Assembly: GCA_963675595.2 (NCBI GenBank)
Contig: CAXXLZ010000003.1
Coordinates: 217,358 to 281,357, forward strand
Direction: 5' to 3'
Origin: Thermodesulfobacteriota bacterium
GTDB taxonomy: Bacteria > Desulfobacterota > Desulfarculia > JACQYL01
Length of the DNA stretch: 64,000 nt
The notes under the pieces were generated by a model. It saw only the letters and a list, made by a program, of their open reading frames with translations, ran no database searches and was not told the origin of the DNA. The position numbers and the translations under genes are program-made. This document shows positions 1 to 8,986 of the stretch, piece after piece; positions within the stretch are counted from its first letter, which is position 1, and every line of letters begins with the position of its first letter.

Positions 1-8
1 AAACCATT

Positions 9-848
9 GTGAGCGACCAACCCCAGCAACCGGTATCCGGGCAAGTACCCCCGGGGAAAATCGGTAAGGGTTCGAGAACGACCCCTACCTTCTATTTTCT
101 TATTGCCATTGTCATCGGCATCACCGGTATCGTGCTTACTCTTTCCATGTACAATGCGGCAGGTTATTTCTTTCAACAGGAAGATGGAAAACTCGCCTTG
201 TGGAAAGGTCGCTTCGCACCGTTCGGGACGGAAAGAGTCGACGGCTTCAAGCCCTTGGACACGGGCCTCGTTGATGCGACCCCGGTTCTTGAAAAGAGGT
301 TCCATGGAGAGTGGGACGCGTTGAACTCACTTTTCATGCTCATACTGACCAAGGCCGATTCCATGCTGAGCGGCGCGGATGAACCGGACTATGGAGCGGC
401 GAACGCCTATTTGAGTCTTGCGGAGAGCATTGCCGCCAACGGTGGTGAAGACAGCCCCCAGAGCCTGATGATGCAGTACCACTTGGTTGACAAGCGTATT
501 GGACAGACCGAGAAACGCCTGGGCGGTCTTTATGCTGAAAAGGAGAATATTCTCGGGCGGCTGCACGCTCCGGGCAGTAGTATGACGCGCACCGAGGTCG
601 AAAGCGAGTTGAGTCGAGTCTCCGGGAAGCGGAAAGAACTTGCTCGGTGGATGTCCAGTCCGGTGGAAGACGGTTCCGAGGCGCAGGTAGATAGGACCGG
701 ACCGGCGGCGGCTCAAGGTGAGCGAGCCAAGTCTGGAAAACCTTCGGGCAAGATGTTCCAGCCGGCGATTACACCGGCTCTTGAAAAGGAAACGGCGCTT
801 TCGGGAAAAGGCAAGACCGGAGTTTCGGAATCCGGAAAGGAGAAATAG
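9..848 (+). CDS. hypothetical membrane-anchored protein
   Basis: 279-aa GTG-initiated ORF. One predicted TM helix (FYFLIAIVIGITGIVLTLSMY) is followed by a charged, partly low-complexity tail. No family recognised. It lies on the same strand directly upstream of the GTPase operon. Confidence 0.5.
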   Translation: MSDQPQQPVSGQVPPGKIGKGSRTTPTFYFLIAIVIGITGIVLTLSMYNAAGYFFQQEDGKLALWKGRFAPFGTERVDGFKPLDTGLVDATPVLEKRFHGEWDALNSLFMLILTKADSMLSGADEPDYGAANAYLSLAESIAANGGEDSPQSLMMQYHLVDKRIGQTEKRLGGLYAEKENILGRLHAPGSSMTRTEVESELSRVSGKRKELARWMSSPVEDGSEAQVDRTGPAAAQGERAKSGKPSGKMFQPAITPALEKETALSGKGKTGVSESGKEK

Positions 849-962
849 GCTTTTCCAGGCGGCTAAGGGGCTGTGCACACGGATGACGCCCCTCTCAAAC
901 ACCGATCGTTTTCCCGACTTCTATTAGCCACGGAACCTCCTTGAGCGTTTCAGTGGCTAATT

Positions 963-3404
963 TTGTTTTACTCTCACGCGTTCGGCGGCGGGCCATACAT
1001 AGGCTTGACCGCGCAAATGAAGCGACCCGAGCTTAGGGCGGGGACGCGTCCAATAATGGTCTCGTATTCGCTTCGGGACCTTTTCATCGGAGCCGGGACC
1101 TCTCGTGCGGGGAAGGCTTCCGATCGTATAATTCTGGAGGAGAAGGCTTTGAGCGGTTTTGAACCCGTCAGATCGGGGATAAGCGAGGACGGAGCATTCC
1201 AAAGAATCCGGGAAGCCAAGTCCAAGATAGATGAACTGACCGACGCATTCGAAGAGAGCTTCGGTGCTTCGGATCGCCAAGTTCAATCCTGGAAGAAGAC
1301 TCTTGAACGAATTGACGTCGACCCGGTGAACAAGATCGTGCGGATTTCCGTCGTGGGTGCTGTGAAAGCCGGGAAGAGCACATTCGGTAATTATTTCTTG
1401 GGTGATGACCTCCTGAGAAGAGGAGCCGGAGTCATCACTGCGGTCGTGACGAGAGTGCTTTCCGGGGAGAGGCTTCGGGCGGAGCTGAAACTAAAGGGCC
1501 TCAAGCAGGTACAGGACGAAGTCCTGGACGCTCTTGGGATATTGGATCCGTCTGAAGAACGCTTTTCTTCCCGCACATTTCGCCTCGATCGTGCCGAAGA
1601 TCGAGCCCAAGTCCGTGCGTTTCTTGCCGAAATGACCGGCCTAGGAGAAATGTCCGACGATCTGATCCGACAGAGTACTCTGCTGAGGGCGTACTTGGAC
1701 GGATTTGAAGAGCTGAAGGATATTCTGAAAGCCGACGAGTCGGAGATTCACCTGGAGGGGAAGGAGGTAACCGGCCATCGGGATTTCGTGGGCCGGGAGA
1801 CCAGGGCCATCTATTTGAAAGAGGCTTTGCTGACCGTTCCCGTGAAGAAGCTGCCCCGAGGCGTGGAGATCGGCGATTGCCAAGGCAGCGACTCGGCGAA
1901 TCCCGCGCACCTGGCGGCTGTCCTCGAGTATCTCCTGGAAAGCCATTTCGTCATCTATCTCATCAGCAGCCGGACGGGCGTCCGAGAAGCAGACGTCAAA
2001 TTGATTCAGGCGTTGAAAAGCCTTCAACTGTCCAATCAGGTTTTTTTCTTATTTAATTTGGACCTTGGTGAACACGAAGGCAGATCTTCCGTGGTCCAAC
2101 AAATTCAGCGCAACGAATCGGACCTCCGATCTTTGGGCTTGGGGTCCGACGTTTATGCCTTTTCAGTGCTGTACCATCTTTTTAACGAGTTGGAGAGCAG
2201 CCGACTTTCCGGCAAAGACGAACTTCGCATGGCACTGTGGAAGGAAGACCAGGAGCTGATCGCTCTTTCCGAGGAGAACGAAGCCCGATTCCGGCGTGAC
2301 TTCGAGAATCTTATAGAGAAGGAAAGATACGAGCTTCAGATCAACAAAGCGAATACAGCCTTGTCCGGGCTGCTTCGAACGATGAAGGAGTTTCTGGAGT
2401 TTCGAGGGACATTGGTGGGAAAGAGCAAATCCGAAATGGAGGAGAGCGCGCGTGTGCTGAAGGCGAGGCAGAGCTCCATTCGGGATACGCCCGGCGTCGT
2501 TCGTAACGCCCTTGACGGGGTGAAGTCCAAGTTGAACGGAGAGATCAAAAGGGATGTTGACCAGTTTTTTGACGGCAAATTCGGAGCCCCGGTTATCGCC
2601 ATGCTTTCCCTCATCGATACCTTCGATCCCCGTATGGAAACACTGGAGGCTTCTTCAGGGGTTTCGCGATCTCTTGTGGTTTTCTACAGAAAGCTGAGCG
2701 AAAGTCTTCAGCGTCATGTGCAGGAAGAATTCAACCTCAAATTAATCGAGTTCGCAAAAAAACGTGTGACCAGGATTCGGGAAGAGTACTTCCGGCAGAT
2801 TGGTTCCTATATCGAGGTCCTGGATCAGTTGTTCGAAAACTACGCGCAGGAGATGAAGGTGTTGGCTCCCGGCTTTGTGAGTCGGTCTTTCCAAGCTGCG
2901 GCCCCCTCCCGGTCGGGAGATTGGAAACCCAAGATATTCAATCCGGAGTTTCACTTTCACGTGAAGGCGAGAGCGGAAGTGTTTCTCAGGATCGGTTGGG
3001 GGAAGACGTTCGAGGGAGTTAGAGTACTCACCAGAAAAATCATGAAGAAAGATGCCGGTGAAGAACAGGATAGACTGAACAAGTTGATACTCAGTGGGCA
3101 GGGGGTGATTCGCAAATGCCTCAAGGAAGAACTCCTCGAACAACTGTCCGACTACCGTGAAAATCTGAAATATGGTTTCTTCCTGAAAGCGAGTGAAATG
3201 ATCGCGGACGAGATCTATAAAGAGGTCGAGCAATATATAGAAGAGAATTTGCTGGACCTTACCCAGATGGAGGATTTGATTCGCTCGGAGGGGCAAGGCA
3301 AGTCGGAGGAGGCCGCCGTGATTGAACGTTTGTCCAAGGAGGTCGCGTCGGCGGGAGCGCTCTTACCGATCATCGACTTCCACAAGGAGCCCGAAGGGAA
3401 GTGA
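963..3404 (+). CDS. dynamin-like large GTPase (BDLP/LeoA-like), member 1 of 3
   Basis: P-loop VVGAVKAGKSTFGNYF, DxxG-like IGDCQGSD and G4-like FNLD, followed by a ~500-aa helical region. TTG at 963 is the longest start; ATG at 1017 or 1056 is equally possible. Confidence 0.75.
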   Translation: MFYSHAFGGGPYIGLTAQMKRPELRAGTRPIMVSYSLRDLFIGAGTSRAGKASDRIILEEKALSGFEPVRSGISEDGAFQRIREAKSKIDELTDAFEESFGASDRQVQSWKKTLERIDVDPVNKIVRISVVGAVKAGKSTFGNYFLGDDLLRRGAGVITAVVTRVLSGERLRAELKLKGLKQVQDEVLDALGILDPSEERFSSRTFRLDRAEDRAQVRAFLAEMTGLGEMSDDLIRQSTLLRAYLDGFEELKDILKADESEIHLEGKEVTGHRDFVGRETRAIYLKEALLTVPVKKLPRGVEIGDCQGSDSANPAHLAAVLEYLLESHFVIYLISSRTGVREADVKLIQALKSLQLSNQVFFLFNLDLGEHEGRSSVVQQIQRNESDLRSLGLGSDVYAFSVLYHLFNELESSRLSGKDELRMALWKEDQELIALSEENEARFRRDFENLIEKERYELQINKANTALSGLLRTMKEFLEFRGTLVGKSKSEMEESARVLKARQSSIRDTPGVVRNALDGVKSKLNGEIKRDVDQFFDGKFGAPVIAMLSLIDTFDPRMETLEASSGVSRSLVVFYRKLSESLQRHVQEEFNLKLIEFAKKRVTRIREEYFRQIGSYIEVLDQLFENYAQEMKVLAPGFVSRSFQAAAPSRSGDWKPKIFNPEFHFHVKARAEVFLRIGWGKTFEGVRVLTRKIMKKDAGEEQDRLNKLILSGQGVIRKCLKEELLEQLSDYRENLKYGFFLKASEMIADEIYKEVEQYIEENLLDLTQMEDLIRSEGQGKSEEAAVIERLSKEVASAGALLPIIDFHKEPEGK

Positions 3405-5140
3405 CCGACGACATCGATACCATCCGCATTCTGCGTGAACGGCTGTCCAAGGTTCCTTTTGCGGGTGTTTCCGCCGGAATCGGCACGTTCGAGCATGAAC
3501 GGGCAAGACTGCTCCGGCAACTGTCCATCCTCATGTTCAAGTGGGAGCATGCCGCACGGCTTCCGCCCATCCTGGTGTTCGAAGGAGGAACGGGCACCGG
3601 AAAGTCCAGCATTTTCAATTCACTTATCGGCTACCCGGTGAGTCGAACCGGCGCCCAAAGACCTCAGACGATCAATCCCCTGGTACTTCTGCCCGAAGGG
3701 CCGGCTTCCTTATTCTTGGAAGGGGACCTGTTCCCTTTCCTCAAGTCCGAATGGCGGGACCTGACCTCTCCCGGACGGAGCGAGACGGATATACCCGACT
3801 CCATCGTCTACGTAAAACATGGATTCTCCGCTTGGCAGAAGAGCATTCTTGTGGACAGTCCTGATGTGGACAGCGTGGTGGCTTCGAATCGCGCTTCCGC
3901 AGAAGACTTGTTCAACCTTGCGGACCTGGTCGTGTTCGTCACGAGCCAGGAGAAGTACGCCGACAAGTTGCCTTTCTCCTGGATTGAAGAAGCTCGGAGG
4001 ACGGAGAAACCTTTTCTTGTGGTGCTGAACAAATGGGATTCGGAGGAGAGCCGGTTGGATCTTCTGGAAAAGCTGGCCGCCTCGGACATTCATCCGCTTG
4101 GTGACATCATCCGGCTTCCGAGGGTACGTCGAGACGAACCCACGTTGTTCCAAAGTTCGGAAATCGCTCCCTTGCTTCAGTTGCTCGAATCCCTCGACCG
4201 GACACGGCTGCTGCAGAAAGGGCGGGCCTCCCTCGGTCGTGCCTGCCTGGAACGTCTCGACGTCGTCGTTCAATTGCTTCGCAGGGAGCGGGAGGTTGAG
4301 GACACGGTTCAATCAGCCATCGGGGAACTGGCGACTCGCACGGACGAGCGCTTGTTCAGCGCTCTAACGCCGGACGTGGACGAGCGGACCCGCTCCAACA
4401 TGAAGAAGCACCTTAGGCTTCTCCTGGCACGATATGACTACTTTCGGCATCCTAGAAAATGGGTGAGGGACCTGGTCCTGGCCCCTCTCGACTTTTTAGG
4501 GGTGATGCGGAAGAGCGGCGAACCCGATGGGGGGGCCTCGGTGTTGGTCAAACATCGGCTTCCCATGGAGCCTCTGAAGGATTCGCTCGCTTTTTTCCAG
4601 GAGGGCGCCGCTTCCATCCTAAGGGCGAAGGCACCCGGCTCAAGCCTTTACGCGCAAATGCTCGGAAAAGGAGTGTTTCTCTCTTGGGAAGAGGTCGAAG
4701 AGTTTTGCCTCCAAGAGCTCGGCTCCATCGACGGATGGATCCAGGAACGCTTCGACACCTTGAAGAAGGGACTTTCCACCGGAAAAAAGGTGGGAGTGGC
4801 CTCCGCCTCCATTCTTTCCGGTCTGATGCTCTTGTTGCTGGAAACCGTGGTGGGAGGAGGCATCACGGTACTCGAGATACTTCTGGATACCGCCGTCATT
4901 CCATATATCCCCAAAGGTGTGTTGGAGTTGGTGGTATACGATGAGATCAAAGCCATTGGGCGAGAATTGGACAGGCGATACCGGGCGACTTACGATAACT
5001 TGCTGGCCCTCCAGAAGAAGCGAGTCATCGAGTTCATAGCGCATCGTTTTCCGCGTAATTCGGATATTGAATTGCTCGTCACGTGGAGGACCTGGTTGGT
5101 ACGGGCCTTGGACGGGCTTTCGGGAGGCGGCCGGACGTGA
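3401..5140 (+). CDS. membrane-associated dynamin-like/HSR1-type GTPase, member 2 of 3
   Basis: G1 FEGGTGTGKSSIFNSL, G3 LVDSPDVDS, G4 LNKWD. C-terminal hydrophobic segment SILSGLMLLLLETVVGGGITVL. The GTG start overlaps the upstream stop (GTGA at 3401-3404). Confidence 0.75.
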   Translation: MTDDIDTIRILRERLSKVPFAGVSAGIGTFEHERARLLRQLSILMFKWEHAARLPPILVFEGGTGTGKSSIFNSLIGYPVSRTGAQRPQTINPLVLLPEGPASLFLEGDLFPFLKSEWRDLTSPGRSETDIPDSIVYVKHGFSAWQKSILVDSPDVDSVVASNRASAEDLFNLADLVVFVTSQEKYADKLPFSWIEEARRTEKPFLVVLNKWDSEESRLDLLEKLAASDIHPLGDIIRLPRVRRDEPTLFQSSEIAPLLQLLESLDRTRLLQKGRASLGRACLERLDVVVQLLRREREVEDTVQSAIGELATRTDERLFSALTPDVDERTRSNMKKHLRLLLARYDYFRHPRKWVRDLVLAPLDFLGVMRKSGEPDGGASVLVKHRLPMEPLKDSLAFFQEGAASILRAKAPGSSLYAQMLGKGVFLSWEEVEEFCLQELGSIDGWIQERFDTLKKGLSTGKKVGVASASILSGLMLLLLETVVGGGITVLEILLDTAVIPYIPKGVLELVVYDEIKAIGRELDRRYRATYDNLLALQKKRVIEFIAHRFPRNSDIELLVTWRTWLVRALDGLSGGGRT

Positions 5141-6846
5141 AGGCACGCTCGCACATTCAGGACGGGGTCGAAGACCTCAGGAAGTCCATGCGGCTCGTGT
5201 CCGGCTTGGTCGGCGCGGAGGATATCCAGGCAACGGAAAAGAGCCTGGTGGACATTGAGCGGAGGTTGGATGACTGCGGAGGACCGCTGCATGTGGGATT
5301 GCTGGGGGGAACGGGCGTCGGAAAGTCCTCCCTGATCAACGCACTCGCCGGATCTGAGGTGTCGACCGCCTCGGACCGACGTCCTCACACGGACCGTATC
5401 GTTGTGTATCGTCATCGTGAGGCCCGTTTCGAGGAACCCGACACGGACCTGATCATACGCCCCCATCGAGTCCACGACCACGACGCGATTCGCGATCTCA
5501 TACTGTTCGATCTTCCGGATTTCGACAGTGTACTCCCCCAAAACCGGCACCGCGTGCTTCTCTTTCTGAACCAACTCGATGTGGTTTGCTGGATCGTGAG
5601 TCCGGAGAAATATGCCGACCAGGTTTTTTACGACATGGTGCGTCTGAGCCCTCAGAATCCCGAGAATTTTGTTTTTGTGCTCAACAAGATCGATCTGTTG
5701 ACCGATCGAGACGGGAGTTTGGACAAAGAAGAGCTTGAAGGGATTCTCCTCGATTTCCGAAAGAAGCTGATCGCCGCCGGGATTGATGAGGCCGAAATTT
5801 ATCCGGTGTCGGCATCTTCGGCAATACGCGGAACCGGTCCCGTCGGTGAATTCGGCGAGCTGCGGGAATTTCTTTACCGAAGGAGACAGGATAAGGAAAT
5901 CCGGGCCATCAAGTTGAGCAACCTTGAGTATGAACTGGGCAATGCGGCCGCCCGTCTGAGTGCCTATCCGGATACGCCCGAACTGCTGGGTGCGCTGGAC
6001 TCCTTGCTGGGCGAAGTCGACGCCGGATTTGAGGAAATGCGGGACCTGTCGCGCTCGGTGGCTCCCAAGCACGCCGATGAATGTCGAAGAAACCGGATTC
6101 GGAGTATGTGGCTTGCGGGGTCCGGGGAACGCGGCATGGTAGCGGGTCTTGTGAGAGGGTGGACCTCGGTTCAAAGACTCTGGAGACCGGCCGGCGTCGA
6201 TCCCGTGGGGGAACTCCTACAGATGAATTTCGATTCGCTGGATGCTTTGGAGCGTAAACGGGCGACGCTCCGGAACAGGGTCCGTGCGGAACTGGCGCGA
6301 TTTCCCATGAGTGAGGAGCGCAGGAGCGTGGGTGGAGAAGCGGGAGAACTCAAGAGGGGGATCGCGGAACTTGCGGACGAGGTGCTCCTGAATGTTCGAG
6401 AGTGGTTCGAATCAGGCGAGGCGGGAAGGGTGCGCTCCGGGTTGCAACGCCTGAAAGCCCGATTTGTATTGACCGTTCCAGTGCTGACCATGCTGCTTTA
6501 CCTCATGGGCCCGGACTCTTTGGCCACGATGGTCCGGACCCCCGGTTGGAACGAGGCCGTGGAATTGGTTCTGAATCTGTTGGTTTCGGCCTTTCAGTCC
6601 AAAGGCCTGGTGGCCCTTTTGAGCCTCCTGCTCATTGAAGGGATTCTGAGTGCATACCTCGCGGCACGTCTGCTGACACGACTGGATGAACGTGTGGACG
6701 AATTCTACCGGCAGGTGCGAGACCGGTTCGAAGAAAAGGTGGACATGCTGCTTAAAGAGACGAAAGAAAGGCTTGTCGGGGAATTGGAGGCTCTGCGAGC
6801 CTCCGCCCTGGAGCTGGAAAAGCTCCAAGGAAGGGCCGAAACCTGA
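5137..6846 (+). CDS. membrane-associated dynamin-like/HSR1-type GTPase, member 3 of 3
   Basis: G1 LLGGTGVGKSSLINAL, G3 LFDLPDFDS, G4 LNKID, with C-terminal hydrophobic helices. The ORF opens at 5083, but GTG at 5137 gives a GTGA overlap with the upstream stop and follows a GGGAGG at 5122-5127. Confidence 0.75.
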   Translation: MKARSHIQDGVEDLRKSMRLVSGLVGAEDIQATEKSLVDIERRLDDCGGPLHVGLLGGTGVGKSSLINALAGSEVSTASDRRPHTDRIVVYRHREARFEEPDTDLIIRPHRVHDHDAIRDLILFDLPDFDSVLPQNRHRVLLFLNQLDVVCWIVSPEKYADQVFYDMVRLSPQNPENFVFVLNKIDLLTDRDGSLDKEELEGILLDFRKKLIAAGIDEAEIYPVSASSAIRGTGPVGEFGELREFLYRRRQDKEIRAIKLSNLEYELGNAAARLSAYPDTPELLGALDSLLGEVDAGFEEMRDLSRSVAPKHADECRRNRIRSMWLAGSGERGMVAGLVRGWTSVQRLWRPAGVDPVGELLQMNFDSLDALERKRATLRNRVRAELARFPMSEERRSVGGEAGELKRGIAELADEVLLNVREWFESGEAGRVRSGLQRLKARFVLTVPVLTMLLYLMGPDSLATMVRTPGWNEAVELVLNLLVSAFQSKGLVALLSLLLIEGILSAYLAARLLTRLDERVDEFYRQVRDRFEEKVDMLLKETKERLVGELEALRASALELEKLQGRAET

Positions 6847-7130
6847 CCGCCGCAGGTATCCCTCGACCCCGCACGCCTACGGTTTGATTCGGCAAAATCC
6901 GTTTGCCGAGGAAATGCGCCGGCAGGAAGAACAAAGCACTGAAAGAATCAGTTCGGGTTCCGGGCTGCCCGCCGGATTCGAACAACCTCGCGGATACCTT
7001 GACTAAGGCCTTGGTATCCGAAGGATAAGCAAAGAAAACTCCGGTGACGTTCCCGAACGGATCCCCGGGATGGGCACCCCGGGCCAAAATAGTCCGTCTC
7101 GATGGCGGAGAAAAGGACCACGAAGAGGGA

Positions 7131-7160
7131 GGAAGTGTGCCCAACCTTGGGTACACTTCC
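7131..7160. terminator. possible bidirectional terminator hairpin between convergent operons
   Basis: GGAAGTGTGCCCAA-CC-TTGGGTACACTTCC forms a 13-bp stem with one mismatch. On the minus strand (downstream of ribBA) it is followed by a pyrimidine/U-rich tract. There is no clean T-run. Confidence 0.3.
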
Positions 7161-7260
7161 TTGAAACCGATTTATGACGCACAGCGGTTGACCCGCGCAT
7201 TACCTTGCTTGGCGGCTCACTGTAAAAGGCGTGCCCGATCGAACAACCGGTCCGTGTGGC

Positions 7261-8466
7261 TCACTGATGCCTGACCATGGCGTCGATCATTTTGCTCAAA
7301 TAGTCGCAGCTTCTACGCTCAAACTCGTTTTCCGGCGTAGGCTTGATTTCCAGGGGTACCCGTTCCACCACTTCAAGCCCGAACCCCCCCAGCCCGTGGA
7401 TCCGCTTCGAACTGTTGGTCATCAGCCGCATCTTGCGAATTCCCAAATCGGCCAATATCTGCGCCCCGATACCGAACTCTCGGAAAACCGCATCGCTTTC
7501 GGGCTGGTGCTCTTCTTTCCAGGCCTTGCCTTCGTCTTCTCGCTGGTAGGCTTTGAGTTTCCCAACCAGTTGTTGGTTGCGACCTTCTTTGTGAAGGTAG
7601 AGAATGACGCCGCGACCTTCCTTCTGTACTTGTCGCATCGCCGCTTCCAGTTGTTCTCCACAGTCGCAGCGATAACTCTTGAAGACATTTCCCAGAATGC
7701 ACTCCGTGTGAACTCTGACCAGGACCTCGTCTTCCGGTTTGATCTCTCCTTTGACCAAAGCCAGGTGCTGCTGCCGATCCAGCTGATTTTCGTATGCGAT
7801 TGCGGCGAACTCTCCAAACAGGGTCGGCAGTACCGTTCGGGCCGCCCGTTTGACGAAGGACTCTCTCTGCAGGCGGTAAGTAATCAGGTCACCGATAGTT
7901 ACCATGGGGATATCGAGAGATTCCGACAGACTCTTCAGCTCATCGAAGTCGGCCATTTCGCCTTGTTCATTCATGATGCCGCACATGGCGGCGGCCGGCT
8001 TCAGGCCTGCGAGCCGAACGAGATCCACGGCCCCCTCGGTGTGACCGGTTCGAAAAAGAACGCCTCCCCGACGAGCACGTATGGGGAAAATGTGTCCGGG
8101 GCGAACCAAGTCCTCGGGACCGGCGTCATCGGCTACCGCGGCGAGGATGGTTGTAGCTCTGTCCGCGGCGGAAATGCCGGTGGTGACCCCCTTCCTGGCT
8201 TCAATGGATACGGTGAATGCGGGCTCTGCGGCGGAGTGGTTTCTGGAAATCAGACTCAGCCCTAAACGGTTGATGATTTCCGGAGCGCAGGGCATGCTCA
8301 CCAGTCCTCTGGCGTGCAGAGTCATGAAGTTCACGGCTTCCGGGGTGACCTTTTCTGCGGCCATCACCAGCTCGCCCTCGTTTTTCGGGTTGGGTGCATC
8401 CAGAAGGATCACCATTCCGCCTTTGCGAATCTGGTCCAATGCGGTATGCAATTGTGAAAGAGACAT
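7261..8466 (-). CDS. ribBA: bifunctional 3,4-dihydroxy-2-butanone-4-phosphate synthase / GTP cyclohydrolase II
   Basis: 401 aa. The N-terminal half is DHBP-synthase-like (GGMVILLDAPNPKNEGELVMAAEKVTPEAVNFM). The C-terminal half is GCH-II-like (VRVHTECILGNVF..YRCDCGEQL). Confidence 0.9.
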   Translation of the reverse strand: MSLSQLHTALDQIRKGGMVILLDAPNPKNEGELVMAAEKVTPEAVNFMTLHARGLVSMPCAPEIINRLGLSLISRNHSAAEPAFTVSIEARKGVTTGISAADRATTILAAVADDAGPEDLVRPGHIFPIRARRGGVLFRTGHTEGAVDLVRLAGLKPAAAMCGIMNEQGEMADFDELKSLSESLDIPMVTIGDLITYRLQRESFVKRAARTVLPTLFGEFAAIAYENQLDRQQHLALVKGEIKPEDEVLVRVHTECILGNVFKSYRCDCGEQLEAAMRQVQKEGRGVILYLHKEGRNQQLVGKLKAYQREDEGKAWKEEHQPESDAVFREFGIGAQILADLGIRKMRLMTNSSKRIHGLGGFGLEVVERVPLEIKPTPENEFERRSCDYLSKMIDAMVRHQ

Positions 8467-8767
8467 CCATGTACTCCCGATGTCGTTCGGTTGGTTCTCA
8501 GGAACAACCGCACGGAAAGTTTCGGCAAGGGCGAACGTCGTGTTACGGCAACGGCCCTGGTGTGAAACGGTTACCGGCGGCGAGTAGGATTATCGGCCAC
8601 CCTTAACTCATTCATTCCTCCAAAGCAAGAGCAAGGACGATCGCGTTTGTGGAATGAGGGGATCGGGGGTGCGTTGTTCCGTTGGGTTGAGCCTGTTTTC
8701 CCGATCCCCGTTCCAAGAAGTGCGGTTCGACGCGTTCTCATGAAAATCGAAGTCCGAATCAAGGGAG

Positions 8768-8796
8768 TTGACGATGGATCGGGTGAACGATATATT
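8768..8796 (+). promoter_or_regulatory. near-consensus sigma70 promoter (TTGACG-N17-TATATT)
   Basis: -35 TTGACG at 8768-8773, a 17-nt spacer, and -10 TATATT at 8791-8796. It faces pcnB, about 190 nt upstream of the first possible start. Confidence 0.45.
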
Positions 8797-8986
8797 TAAA
8801 GATTGGGAAAAGTGAAGAAATGTCGCCTCATATTGGGTCGACAGCCTCCTTTTTTACCGGTCTTCCGGTAGATGAGCAGGCAACTCGTCCAGGAAAACGG
8901 GGCTCGGAGAACAACCTACGGCAACCCTTGTCACGGGCCCGCAAGGCTGAATTTCAAACGAACAGCGTCACGGCATCGGACGGCCA

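Noticed and set aside
6961-7000. tRNA- or tmRNA-like motif (GGGCTGCCCGCCGGATTCGAACAACC).
   Set aside because: I could not build a cloverleaf or a tRNA-like domain on either strand. There is no CCA end, no tag-peptide ORF ending in ..AA, and the T stem does not pair.
8527-8585. FMN-riboswitch-like strings (AAGGGCGAAC..TTACGGCAACGG and GGTGTGAAACGGTTACCGGCGG).
   Set aside because: They lie on the plus strand, antisense to the ribBA leader. They are directly adjacent instead of separated by the P3-P5 helices, and no P1 closing helix is found. They are probably coincidental. cmsearch is needed for certainty.
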